Assembly (NCBI GenBank): GCA_017499595.2
Contig: CM039004.1
Location: forward strand, 682,001-746,000
From: Psilocybe cubensis
Taxonomy: Eukaryota
Direction of reading: 5' to 3'
DNA length: 64,000 bases
Shown here: positions 11,051 to 23,542 of the stretch, piece by piece
Numbering within the stretch: position 1 is the first letter of the stretch
Layout: each line of letters opens with the position of its first letter
Notes under the pieces: generated by a model
What the model was told of the DNA's origin: nothing
What the model saw: only the letters and a program-made list of their open reading frames with translations
The model's database searches: none
Position numbers and translations under genes: made by a program

Positions 11051-12484
11051 GGTTTGGACTGGTAAAATAATCTGGGGCTGATCTGCGTAGTGAGTGTCCT
11101 ATTGCGGGTGTGCTATGACCTGCCGGACCAGTGGTATGTGCCCCCATGATCATTTGCATTGTGTTTCTTGTTGCGATTAATGTTAAGGCTTGGTGATCTA
11201 ACGTGCTTAGATCATGTGTTAGATGTAGTGCTGCGAGTTCTCGCTGTTGGATGTCATATTCGACCGCTACGCTCCAACTGTGTGACCTCGATAAGTCAAT
11301 CACGATTTGGTGGTGTTTAGAAAGAGCTGCTGCCCTCTTCTCTCCGTGGTAGATGCGAGTTCGTTCCTCTGCAACCTTAGCTGCCCCAAGCCAATCTGAC
11401 AAACTGATATGTTTCTCATCTCTCCGATCCAGTCCTTTGGCCGTTAGACTTCCCGATGCGTTTATCAAAAATTCCTCTTCGCCCCTCGATGCCTTCAGAC
11501 GAGCGGCAGATGTCAATGAAGTATATGGAACATATTTAAAATTTGCGAATGCCTCGTCCACTCTGTGTGAAACGGCTGGTTGAAAGAAACAATTACAAAG
11601 GATGGTCAGCAAAAATTTTTTTTTTTTTTCCAAGTTTGACTAGCACATTATAAGCCTATCGCTTAATGGACCTGGTGGCTATCATATAAGCACCCTGAAA
11701 CTATGCGGTTAACTATACCAAGCCTATCGCTTGTACGTTGAACGTTCTATGGCCTATCGCCTAAAACATTATGCCACTGGCATGCACTTCTATTAAGTGA
11801 TGTCATTGTCCTCTCAAGCCTATCGCTTGGACTCTAAAGCCTTTCCAGAAGCCTATCGCTCAGGTTCATTCATCCCCATGTTGAGCCAATTATGCTCATC
11901 TTATGCTACGGCACACTTGCTGCGATTGCGTAGCCGCAGTCGATTTTGAAGAGAAATGCACGAGGAATTAAATTGTAACTCTCACCTATCTCTAGTGAAC
12001 TTGCTTTAAAGCCAGGAACTATCTCAGGCAATGAGACCTTCTTTTTCACTAGATCGGTTCCTTTGTTTGCAGCCTCTGCTCTGATTCGGGCCAAAGTATC
12101 TTCGTCCACGAAAAGTTGTTGTGTTGGAGTGCTATTTTCTTGAACCTCGGACCGCTCCTGTTGTCTGAGTGCTTCGACTTGTGCCATCAATCGTTCAATT
12201 TGTTCCGCTCTGTTGCTTCTGTTTCGGTCATTTTGTTGAGTGTTGGTATCGTCTGTTTGCGATTCCATTGATGCTGTATTTGATGACGTGTTGCAAGGTT
12301 GAGTCGCAGGTGGTGGGTTCTGTGAATTGTTGTTGTGTGATTGAAAGGTGCTCGAACGTTGCATATCTTCTTCTTCCTCGCTCTCGTTCTCTCTACGGTT
12401 TTGGTTAAGCCTCAAATTGAGGTGAGAATGAGAAGAATGTGACTGTGAGTTATTGGTCATTGTAAAGAAAAGTGAATCGAGCAA
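10737..12484 (-). CDS. gag-like protein, two exons (11986-12460 and 10737-11578, approximate)
   Basis: Zinc knuckle CFRCGFAGHMPADC and C-terminal CFNW..C..C..H.CSVC....H....C; GT donor near 11985, AG acceptor near 11580. Confidence 0.75.
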
Positions 12485-12648
12485 TTTCTGCGATTCTGGA
12501 TCGATTGGAACTACTGAAGAACTAACGATGGGTAGAATTTGTTTTGTGGTGGACGATAAAGAAAAGAAAGTGAAACGTGGGAAATCAATTTGCGATCTGT
12601 GTTGCCGTTCGGCTGGACGCTGGTGCTGTTTGTCCGCACCTTGCTACT
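12464..12648. repeat. Split direct repeat A1 (185 bp)
   Basis: aaagaaaagtgaatcgagc...ccgcaccttgctact, identical to 7430-7614. Confidence 0.95.
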
Positions 12649-13587
12649 ACTACGGATAAAAAGGTTTTGTTGCGCCCCACGAGGACGCGACTTGCATTGG
12701 TGGCACGTGACAAAATATGCAATTTAGACTCGCGACCCCTAATTTCTTTCGTAGAGACTCAGCGTTCAGAATATCATAAAGCGCACGGTACAACTGCAGA
12801 CTACTAAGACTTACCACACGACACTGACCCATTCCGAGGTTGAAGCTCGCTGAAATGTTTGAAGAGGAGTTAGACTGGACTTTCGTCCGTTGGGGAATGT
12901 GTGGCATTTTTCCGAGCTCGGTAGTAGGTACATTAAACCTTCTACACGGGTGGTCTTTGCGGAGGGTGGGGTTTAGCCTAGTAAAATGAGGGTATAGATA
13001 AGATGTTGAATCCGTTTTTGCAAATATCCCGGTACATCATTTCGTTTAGTTTTTCAAAGGATATATTTAAAAGTCGTTAGCAGGTGTAATTACCACGTTA
13101 ACTTATTCGTTACTTCAAATGGTGGTGGAAAACACGTCGCGTAATGTACCATACATTTACCACAATGTTGTCAATTTTTCCCAAAGGTCTTAAGACCGCG
13201 TTGGTACCGGGTTAATGTGGTATCTCTACACACACTGAAGTACCTAAAAAGAAGACAACATTTTCATCCAACTAATGACTTTCGTCGGCTCTCCTCTGTA
13301 TGCGAGGTTTTGAGATAGGTATATATACATAGAATGAATACATATAAGCAACTAGCTGGATGCTGAAATAGTTGAGACAAGACGGGAATGGAATGAAGAT
13401 CAACATGTGGTATAAGAAAAATTGGGGGTATAAATGTTCCAGATGAGCCTTAAGCTCGATGTTACAGAAAAGATACAGTGCATGAAACGCATGAGAAAGT
13501 GAATGTTTTCGGAAAGCAAAATGAGAAAATCCAATCGGAAATATAAAAATACTTCATTGAAAACAGCGAAGCCACCGAGGTTGCGGG

Positions 13588-14908
13588 CTAAGAATGGCGA
13601 CCATTGTGCCTATGATGGGAAGGAGAGGATTCAAGTGTTACACGGGGTGCAATTGATCTGCGTGGCATTGGCCTAACAAGTCGATGCGATGGTGATCTTG
13701 GCATAGACGGAGGAGGAATATTCTCCTTCTCCCAACATGTAGCCGGGTGCTCTCGACATGATTTATGGGAATTTACTCCATCTGTGGTGCCACAGGAAAC
13801 ATCCTCCTCGTCAGAGTCGTCGGTATACATTAAAGCTGAACTTGTTGCCGCGATAGCGTTGACCAACGAAGCTGTTTTTAAGGTGTCGGTAGAGGATGAT
13901 GCATTCTGATCCTCTTGCATAAGCGTCAGCTGGCTGGTGAGAGTCTTGACGCGAAAATTTAAGGCTTCTACCCTGTCATATACGTCAGTATCTTATTTTA
14001 AGTTCTTCAACTCTATGCAGCAAACATTACGGTCCATTAACCCAGTCTTGGTGACGAGAAGCACAGAAAGCGAACGGTCTACTCACTCTCCAGATAAGCC
14101 GCTGCTCGCATCTTCAATCACCTTATATTCATTCTGTAGCTGGGTGTACTGCAGTTGCAGTGTGTCGTAGCGGTGCCGTAGATAAATGGTCTCATTTTGA
14201 AGCCGAACATGTTCATGTTCAAGCAATGAGACTTTACAACCCGCTTCTCTGTAAATTCTCGTGAATCGTTCCTCTGCGGCTTGCGCCCTTTTCGAGAAGT
14301 GGTTTCGACAGTCTGCCAGCTTGAATTGAAGGCGATCGTTTTCGGTACGGTATCGTTCGACGGTTGCTCGGGTTGATGCAAGCTCAGCCCTCAGGCTGTC
14401 GATTTCTGCTTTTAGACACTCATTCTCCTCCGTCGATGTGGGAGGAGTGAAATCAATCAGGAGTTTTACCATTGGTAGTATAACATGCTTTCGATACTGT
14501 ATAGGAATTGCAGTTATCTGCAAGATACATCGATGTCGATACAGGTTCAGGTTACCGAGGCGAAATAAAAGACTTACACTTGTCGCCTCTGAGCACCAAA
14601 GCATTCCTATTTATTAGAGATATGTCAAATCGTAGCAAAAGAAAAACAACATACCCAAGCTATAACTTTGCCTACATGTTGGGCAGGTAGGGGTTGTGAA
14701 GGGTGACTCTACACTGTTAAATTGACGGTATTGTGCATGTCGCCGCAAACAACCTCCACAGAAGACATGCCCTGGTAGACCAACTTTCAGAACATAAAGT
14801 GCTTAGTATATTAGTAGGCTAGAACTTACCGCACGACAAAGCGTATGGTTGAGCGTTGTCGTCTTCTCCCGGGCGGCAGAACAGGGCAAGGCAGATTATG
14901 CAAGACAT
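13588..14908 (-). CDS. RING-finger/coiled-coil protein, paralogue 2
   Basis: MSCIICLALF..PYALSCG|HVFCGGCLRRH..TCPTCR; coiled-coil exon 14083-14480; C-terminal EKENIPP..LVRPMPRR. Confidence 0.75.
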
Positions 14909-15589
14909 TATCAAGGTAAAAGAAGGTAATTGCGTAGTGTTGCAAATGTGAAGAGAGGTAATATCGCTAGAGAAACGCGACCTGTTGGTCAATGACTAAA
15001 ACACTGGAGTGGGAGATGGCAGAGAACCGTGAAATGAGCGGAAGGTGGAACTCTTTTATCGTCGATCACACGTGATCCATCCTGTCCTTTTCCCTGAATT
15101 GCGGCAGGCACAGTTACCCAAAATAGCAGTTTGTGGCATGCTCGTGTTGATTGCGATGGTTATGCTTGGCGACTTTCTTGGGAGGCCGTGTCCGTGCCGC
15201 CGCAGACCCGTGATAAAATGATCCAAATATGGTTACGATTTGCTCATGTTTTGGATGAATTTACTGACAATGGGTGGGTGATTCGGGCATTATACATGGT
15301 CTAATTTGCGCTGGATTGATATTTCTGCTGTCCAATGATGTAAGCGATAGGACGAGATTTAGCAGAATATACATATCATTTGAATGATGAAAAGGCAACA
15401 CAGGAGATAATATAACAGTATTTGTACGTGATACATATGTAGCAAGATCATGAAAAAATATGAAGGAAGAAAACATGATGGTAGTAAATGAACGTGAAAA
15501 TCCTGAGGAAAGAGCAGCGAAATAAAACACCTTATGAGATAGAGACTTGTCGTGTGGCTCGTGAAGGTGAGAGAATGTTCTTGTTCAAT

Positions 15590-16306
15590 CAGGTGTCCAT
15601 GAATGCCCCCAAGCCATCCCTTTCTTCGGTGCCAACAGTGGCATGAACAGTAGGGTCACTTGTTGGCGTCGTCGAGGTCCCTGTACGCCGAGGAAGGGGC
15701 CTTATTGGGCGTCCGTCCGTCCAAATTCCGATCTGGTCAACGATTGCCTCAAGTTACGAGCGTGGCGCGCTACAACTCACATTTTGAGAATCTGAGCGCA
15801 AATTTCATCATCCATGACACAGATAAGTAGACACTTGCGCATTTCTGGAGGAAATTACGCGCACCAAAAGGAACATATTTGATCAAACACCGTTTGGGCA
15901 CTCAAAAACCCCCTTTCTTCATCCTGGGCGTCCGTCCATCTACAAACACATTCTTTGCAGAATACGTGTCCTGTACGGCGTAGCAGAACAAAAAATCAGA
16001 TACATTGATATTCTGAGTACCAGAGTAAGAATACATACTGCAGGGCAGTGCTACTAGCTGCTTCTCAGATGCTACAAAAGATTGGATACAAATTACACAG
16101 GAAAGAGCAGCAAATTCCTGTGGAATAGCTTGTTTCCATCGATTTCCACTGCAACTCGGGGTTGGTTGCCGAGTGCAACCTGAGTGGTGCATGCGCCCGT
16201 TTGCAGTGTGTACAGCAGGACCCATCGAGGTGTGCTGAAGAGGCGTTAGACTGAACAATTTTCTGTTGAAGATCGGGGGCTTCTTGTTTGGAGGTATAGG
16301 AGGCAT
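15590..16306 (-). pseudogene. RING-finger paralogue 3, apparently frameshifted (3' end uncertain)
   Basis: SCVICIQSFVASEKQLVALPC|HVFCKEC is collinear with paralogue 4, intron included; two 1-nt deletions near 15893-15908 break the last CPxxC. Confidence 0.6.
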
Positions 16307-18525
16307 TGTAGGGAGTAGGAGAGAATGAAGCGGGTGTGGTACGAGTGTGGAGGTGATGGATTAAGAGATTTTAAGCACTGGTACGGGTTTTAAGACAGCA
16401 CAGATTGTGGTAAAGTGATAAGGACGAGTAAGCCAACCGATTCTCTCACTATTCAATCTGCCCTTTGACCAGGATTGCCTGGAAATTGTTGATTTACATG
16501 ATCAGTGGCGAGGCCGCAAAGATTCAAATAAGGTCTTTTGGATAATGATACTCTTTGAGAGCCATTTTGCTCAACTATAAAAGGGGCATATACATATACC
16601 ATTATAATAAAATTCAACAAGGCGAAGAAAGAGCAAAAAGTGACTAACATTGATTATATATTCTCAACAAAGAATCCTTTCAACGAATCAAAGCATCAAT
16701 GGAAACACACCTTGGTCGGTGATCAGCAGAACCTGTCCTTTCAAATTACTCTTTTGATATTGTGGGCTACAAAGCGCTAACAATGCTCTCGACATACCGT
16801 GCATCAGGCAAACAAACAAAATTGACGCGGACGTGTCGAAAAGACGCAAAGTCAGATCACTCGTGACTGTGCGAAGATTGCGGAATTTACCGCTGCCACG
16901 GAGATTGGTACATCGAACTATGATTCCAGTCACTCACTCAAGTTCTACATCGGCAACCAGGGACACGGTAGAACACTAGCTTCATATTCATCGTGTACTT
17001 TTATAGTCACATGGTATCAAAGTCTATCTACGAGAGACCAAATTGCCAGCTAGTGACCTGGAGCGAGCATATCATGACTCTATCCGACATTTTGAGCAAC
17101 ATTTTTCACTCCTGCACGAGAATTGTCTCGATCTTGGCTTTGTGAGTGAGTTGGCCTTAGAGCTTACCTATTTGCAAAGAGAGAAAGGTACTACCTAGAA
17201 AATAAGGGGTTGATCAATAAACTGGAAGGAAATATATATAACCGTGAAATGACCGGATGGTGAACTTGGTATTGTCAATCACACATAGGGATTCAGTCTG
17301 ATCTTCGCCTACATGCTGGATTGGGGTTTTAGCTCGTAAATCAGTTTTTATTCTTGATTCTATTTGTCAGCAACTCTCATAAGATAGACATTATACAATA
17401 ATATGCATTGCTATTGCTAATTGTGGGATTGTACACTGTCTAATTTATTTCTGATATTTAAGGATGCAAGTGAGAATGTGATTGAAATCAATGATTAATT
17501 AGATAACAAAATAGTGGTACATGTACAACATTTAGATTATGATTTACATGGTAAAGCACAGGATCATAATTAGGAAAGCATAAAAGCAATGAATGAATTA
17601 ATAATGCTAAAAGAACGTGAAAGTCATGATGACATAAATCAAAACCAAAAAAAACTTAGAAATCCGTGAAGGACGACGTTGCATGGGTCTTGAACTTGTG
17701 AATGGCTTAAACCGACATGTAGTTTGTTCCAATCTCCTTCTGCCATGCATGGCTCCATCACTCTTGTATAGCGATTCTCACCCGGTCGTAATCTTCAGTG
17801 CCGTCGGCGGCACGTTCTGCAGAGGCGCTACCTTGGGCCACCACTGAAGACCCAGCTCTGCGAGGTAGTGGCCTCATAGGTCTCCCCCCAGTCCTAACTC
17901 CTACTTGATCCTGAATAGACGCGACCGCCGTCCCTGAAGTTGAAGAAGGTCTGCACGATCCAGGCGGCAAGCGTGAGGTTGATGCCACAGGGGCGATATT
18001 CTCCTTGCCGCCTTTGACTGCAGCCTGACGGTGTCGAAGGCCATCATAAATAGCTGCTGCCGCGTCTCTTCGCAATTTGGCAGATGGGACCTTGGGCTCG
18101 AGCGCCTCGGCGACTGCAGCGGAGATTTCATCTTCCAAAGGTTCTACGGATGTGGTGGGTGAGACATCCGTAAAAGCAGTATCGACTATTTGCCGTTCTT
18201 GTACCGTAGTGTGCGATGTTGATGAGGAGTCAGACTGGTCTTGATGTTTGATGAATGCCATTGCGAGCGTAGCTACTTCTTGTAACCTGGATTAAGATGG
18301 CTGGTATGAGTACAAGTCTAAGATGCGTCGCCGGTGGCATGGAGCGTTTAAAAGGAATCGTAACGGGCCCTATCACAGCCGTCAGCACAGTCACACATTC
18401 AACCAGTAAGGTACAGTGTCCAGACAAACAGCAGTGGCGCAAATTCCACTGACTAAATCATGGGAGAAGAGAAAGAAAAGAAAGCAAACCTACTGCGACT
18501 CGAGCTGCCCTTTTTCCTGCTTTAC

Positions 18526-18843
18526 CACATAAGACAGTTTATTTATAACGTACATTACCTAAGATTTAATAATAAGGATATTACGTGACATACGGTGGAT
18601 TTACTCCCGCTACCTAATTAGGAGATTAGCGTGATGTACGTGTGATTTAGCCTGGCAAATCATAGCGTACATGACGTGCCATTTAGCGCTAAATGGAGCC
18701 GCCGGGTGGCCTGCGGGATCCGCGCGTCTACCTACACGGAAGAAACACGGGCCGGAAATGAGCCGGACGGGTCCATTTGCATCCCGTGTATTGCAAGCAG
18801 ACGGATCCGCTTGACCCGTGTTGTGCTGTCAGACGGACCCATT
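18526..18843. repeat. Left TIR of KDZ element
   Basis: cacataagacagttt...gacggacccatt, reverse complement of 33957-34274. Confidence 0.95.
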
Positions 18844-18921
18844 TGACCCGTATCTTCCCAGAGAGGGAGGGATATTTGAGAGGTATTGCGAATCAATGAG
18901 CACAAGGGCTCCAAAAATAAT

Positions 18922-20208
18922 TTATTCATCTCTACCGGTATACAAATGCTTTTCCAAACTCGATTCAATCCCTGCCAGCCCAGCGTCAATTTCCTCCAGC
19001 GCATTATAAGTCAGAATTTCTGACTGCAGCTGATGCAGGCAGAGGTTCTTAAACGTTGTGACCTTGCTGTCATAACTATTGTCGCCGACGGAACTGTCGA
19101 TTATTTGGTCGTATGTTGCCCGTAGCTGCTGCTCGGTATAATTCTAAAATAGTTGTCAGTATCTAGTGCTTGGTAATATCTGAGTGCATACATATAGAAA
19201 AGGAGGGTTAAAATATGCCGTCTGATCTGTCACATCCTCGAACTCAATGTCAGACTGGGTGGGAGGCGAACCGGGGTAGCCGCCCATGGGATCAAACCTG
19301 CCGTAGGTTCGAAAATAAGGGTTTTGAAGGAGCAGGTAGCATGCTTCAGGGGGTGGAGAATAGCGACCTTGCTTCCTCTCAGAGGAAATAGCTGGACGAG
19401 AGTCCATAATGATTTTGTCGACGACAGACGTGTATGAAACATGTGCTGCCATCAACGGCGGAGCCACATCATCCCGGATGACAGGCATAGGTGGAGGATC
19501 CAGGGTATCTGGAATAACAGGCATAGGGGGAGGAGCCAGGGTAGGTGGAATGACAGGCATAGGGGGAGGAGCTAGGTTATCTGGAATGATTGGCATTGGC
19601 GGCGGAGCCGTGTTGTTCCGGATGACAGGCATTGGCGGCGGAGCCGTGTCGTTCCGGATGACAGGCATTGGCGGCGGAGCCGTGTCATTCCGGATGACTG
19701 GCATTGGCGGCGGAGCCAGGTTAGCTGGAATGACTGGCATAGGGGGTGGAGCCAGGCTAGCTGGAATTACTGGCATTGGCGGCGGAGCCAGGTCTTTCCG
19801 GATGACTGGCATAGGGGGCGGAGCCAGGTTAGCTGGAATGACTGGCATAGGGGGTGGAGCCAGGCTAGCTGGAATTACTGGCATTGGCGGCGGAGCCAGG
19901 TCTTTCCGGATGACTGGCATAGGGGGCGGAGCCAGGTTAGCTGGAATAACAGGCATAGGGGGTGGAGCCAGGTTAGCTGGAATTACTGGCATTGGCGGCG
20001 GAGCCAGGTCTTTCCGGATGACTGGCATAGGGGGCGGAGCCAGGTTAGATGAAATGACTGGCATAGGGGGAGGAGCCAGGTTATCTGGAATAACAGGCAT
20101 AGGGGGTGGAGCCAGGTTATCTGGAATGACTGGTATTGGCGGCGGAGCCAGGTCATCCGTCCTTGCTGTGCGTTTGCTTTCCTTAGAGTTGCTAATATTT
20201 GAAGACAT
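18922..20208 (-). CDS. KDZ cargo: proline-rich tandem-repeat protein (upstream exon to ~20460 possible)
   Basis: 19 copies of a 12-aa unit (LAPPPMPVIxxx); spliced last exon NYTEQQLRATY..LYTGRDE-TAA at 18922. Confidence 0.6.
19455..20151. repeat. Coding minisatellite, 36-bp unit x19 with a 108-bp higher-order period
   Basis: ggcatagggggcggagccaggttagctggaatgact-type units. Confidence 0.95.
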
Positions 20209-20693
20209 TGCTGATGCTCAGAAATCAATTAAAATTTACTTGAATTAATGCCATTAGTCTTACATTTTATAGGTTTTACGGGAGGAGGTTCCTTCAGTTT
20301 TTCAAGAAGCCTGGTAAGATTGTTGAGACTGGTGTAGTCAATGGGGGAATTTTTGCTAGAGGTGGGAATAAAGTTGTAGGAGGACATACAGTCCAGAAAG
20401 TGCAACTGGGTGGGCTTGTTTATATATCTCACGGAATACAATACTATCCGAGGATTCTCCATGACACGGAAATAGATTCACCCGTGTATCGAACTTAGCA
20501 ACTTTTGCACAAACTGGATCTGGTGAAGAAATCACATGACTCAGATTGTACATGTTTGTGTATGGTTTTGTTTTGCGGGACCGCTTTTTTTTAGACTTTT
20601 TTTAGACTAACTCCAACCACGATCACCACCCTCACGTTCTACCGTGCCTCACCACTTTAACGCGTCTTCCCCCATAAAAACACGCTTTTTTCA

Positions 20694-23264
20694 ATGGCCG
20701 CTTCATCTTCCACCACCGCCACCTTCGCCCAACGCCTCGCTGACTGGGAAAAAAAGTTTACCGAGTGCTACCGCAACGGTGAAAGCGCGTTCAACGCTGA
20801 GTTGGAGCAGCTTTACAGGGACTTGGTAAGTTCTCAATTTTATAAGATCATGACTTGCTCAACAAAAAAAAAAAAATTCCAATAGGTTCCATTGTGTCAG
20901 GAGCATGTCAGGGACGCCGCACGCTTCCGGCTCATTGACTATGTTGCGAGCCCCGTTGTCTACTCGTACAAAGTCATCCAGGGCAAGGACGGCGAGAACA
21001 TCTACAGGTTTGAGGTCGACTGGGCGACGCTCAAACATCAAGTCGCCAACTTCAAGGCCTACCAGGAAGGCCAGGAGGCACAGAGGAAGAGGAGGGAGGA
21101 GGAGGAGCAAGAGAAGAGGAGGGAGAAGGAGGAGCAAGAGGAGGAGGAGAGGCAGAGGGTGGAGGAGAGGAGGAAGAGGGAGGTGAGGAGGAAGAGGGAG
21201 GAGAAGAAGAAGAGGGAGGAGGAAGAGGAGAGGCAGAGGGAGGAGGAGGAGGAGAGGCAGAGGGAGGAGGAGAGGAGGAAGAGGGAGGAAGAGAAGCAGA
21301 AGGTGGAGGAGAGGAGAAAGGATGAGAGGAGGAAGAAGGAGCAGGAGAGGAGGACCAGGGAGCAGGAGAGGCAGAAGGCGGAGGAGAGGAGGAAGAGGGA
21401 GCAGGAGCAGGAGCAGGAGCAGGAGACAGACGAGGAGAGGAACAAGGAGGAGACGGAGAAGAGACGGGCCGAGAAGGGCAAGGGCAAGGCAGTCGAACCC
21501 CCGGTGGAAGACGGACCCGTGACAGACGCCCACAAAGACAAGGGCAAACGGAAAGCGGCGGACCCCGTGGAGTCCATTCAGTTGGCTCCAGCGGATTACA
21601 GGGGCCCACGGACAAAGAAGGGGGAAATTATTCCCCACATTACCGCCTCCAACATGCCCGGTCACCCAGCGTACAGGGAGAAGCTGGAAAGATTGGCGAA
21701 GTCCAAGCAGGGGAAATTCAGGAGCAAGGCGATCATAGGAAGCCACACGGACGAAGACGCGGACGCGGACGTCGACGAGGACGACGAAGGCGATAACAAA
21801 GGGGCACCGCCTACCACCCCCACTGCCACCCCCACCCGGAAGATGCGCACGCGTTCCGTAAAGAAGGACACCGAGGACGATGTCCCCCCCATCAGGAAGG
21901 CGCGGTCGAGATCCCAGAAAGTGCGCCAGGTGCCAGAGGGGATGGTGGACATGGTGGAAAGGTGCACGGCATGCATCAAATTCAAGGTGCCATGCTATGT
22001 CAAGGGGGAGACAGGCACTGAGCCTCTCGTCCCCGTGAAGCACCAATCTTGCGAGTCTTGCAAGTCTCGCAAGATCCACTGCAGCTTCTACCCGGGGCGC
22101 AACACCTTCGTGGGTCAATTTTTGACGACGCCACTAGGAAGCTATGGGGAGGCGTTGAAGTTGGAGGAGGGAGAAGATGTTCCGGCGAAGGGGAAGGCCG
22201 GGGAAGGGTCGTTCCCCGAGGATGTGGGAGAACTGCTTGTGCAGCTCTTTGAGCGCCAAGGCAGAATCATGGAACGGCTGGACGGGTTATCCGCGTCCAT
22301 GACGGCGATTAATGCACGGATTGCGACGTTTGCCGAGACGAACTTGGCGGTGGAGAACAGGATGAAGAGCATCAAGGACGGCATCCAAGAGGTGAAGGCC
22401 GAATGGACCATGGCCAAAGAACAAGTGGCAGGAAGCACCTCGCTTTCCGTCACGATGTTCAACGACATCACCAAGAGGATCAACCACGTCCGAGATGTGG
22501 TCGACGATTTGCTGGAGCAGGATGAACAAAGGAATCCCGCCCCCAAACAGGCAGCAGGACCCTCCAAGACGGAGGTCGAACAAGAATCGGGTCCGTCGCG
22601 GACCCGTGAACCCACCTCTGTGCCACAATCCCCAAGCGCACCACCACCGCCAGCACCCCTCCCTTCCCCACCTCCACCTCCAGCAGCACCCATTCTCCCT
22701 TCCCCTCCTCCACCACCGCCAGCACCTGTCCTCCCTTCCCCTCCCCCACCTCCACCCGCACCCGTCCTCCCTGCCGTGTCTGCGCCACCAACAGCGCTAT
22801 TCTTGCCCGGTTCGACTCCGGAAGCGCCTTCGCCCCCCCCAGCTGGCCGACCCTCGCTCCCACCGGTACCGCCCATCCTTTCCCTGTCTCCACCACCCCC
22901 TCTCCCAGCTCCACGTCCTCGAAGTTCGACGTCAAAGGCCGCACCGTTGTCAAAGGGTGCACCATCGTCAAAGGCCGCGCCATCGTCAAAGGCCGGCCCA
23001 TCCTCAAAGGCTAAGCCATTGTCAAAGGCTAAGCCATCCTCCAAGGCTGGGCCATCCGGGAATGGACACTCATCGGAGTTGTCTGATCCCTCGGACAGCG
23101 ACGAGGTTGAAATTGTGGAGGAGGAGGATGTTGAGATCGTGGCGTCCACGCTGCCCGCGTCAAACATAGCCACAAAGACAAGGGCTGGACGAAAGCGAAA
23201 GGCGGAAACGACTCTGGCTGAAGCATCGCGCTCGCCCAAAAAATCCAAGGCCCAAAAAAAGTAG
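20694..23264 (+). CDS. KDZ cargo: charged coiled-coil plus Zn2Cys6-like cluster protein
   Basis: Exon 1 from ATG 20694, intron ~20826-20885; CTAC-x6-C-x18-CESC-x6-C at 21963-22082; E/R/K tract; Pro-rich tail; basic NLS-like end. Confidence 0.7.
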
Positions 23265-23542
23265 TGTATTTCAATTCTTTGTAACTTTTTTTTGGTCTCC
23301 TTTTTTGCCTGTCATATATTACATTGCTCACATCCCTATACAATTTTTTCATCATTTGGACTGTATATAGTTTTTACTCTCATGTGCTCATCTGTTTTAT
23401 ACCTCTCCCAAAAAGTAGCACTTGATGATTTTTAATGAACCCCGCTTTCTGTTTTGATTTTGTGTGAAAACATGTTTGAGAAACATCAAGATAAGAATAA
23501 AAAGCATCACATTCAATAGGTATCATGAATCTACTTCAACAG

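Larger units (their letters stand above)
7170..12648 (-). mobile_element. Ngaro/DIRS-type tyrosine-recombinase retrotransposon
   Basis: gag, RT-RNaseH and YR on the minus strand; split direct repeats A1 12464-12648, B1 7614-7714, A2 7430-7614, B2 7170-7270. Confidence 0.92.

Noticed and set aside
16450-17250. Possible gene relic between RING paralogues 3 and 4
   Set aside because: Only short ORFs, no family recognised
19409-20248. Plus-strand Gly-rich ORF (MTGIGGGARL repeats)
   Set aside because: Antisense shadow of the Pro-rich minisatellite gene; the minus strand has the splice sites and a unique C-terminus
20859-23248. Long minus-strand Leu/Ser/Gly-rich ORFs
   Set aside because: Antisense to low-complexity GA-rich and Pro-rich coding sequence
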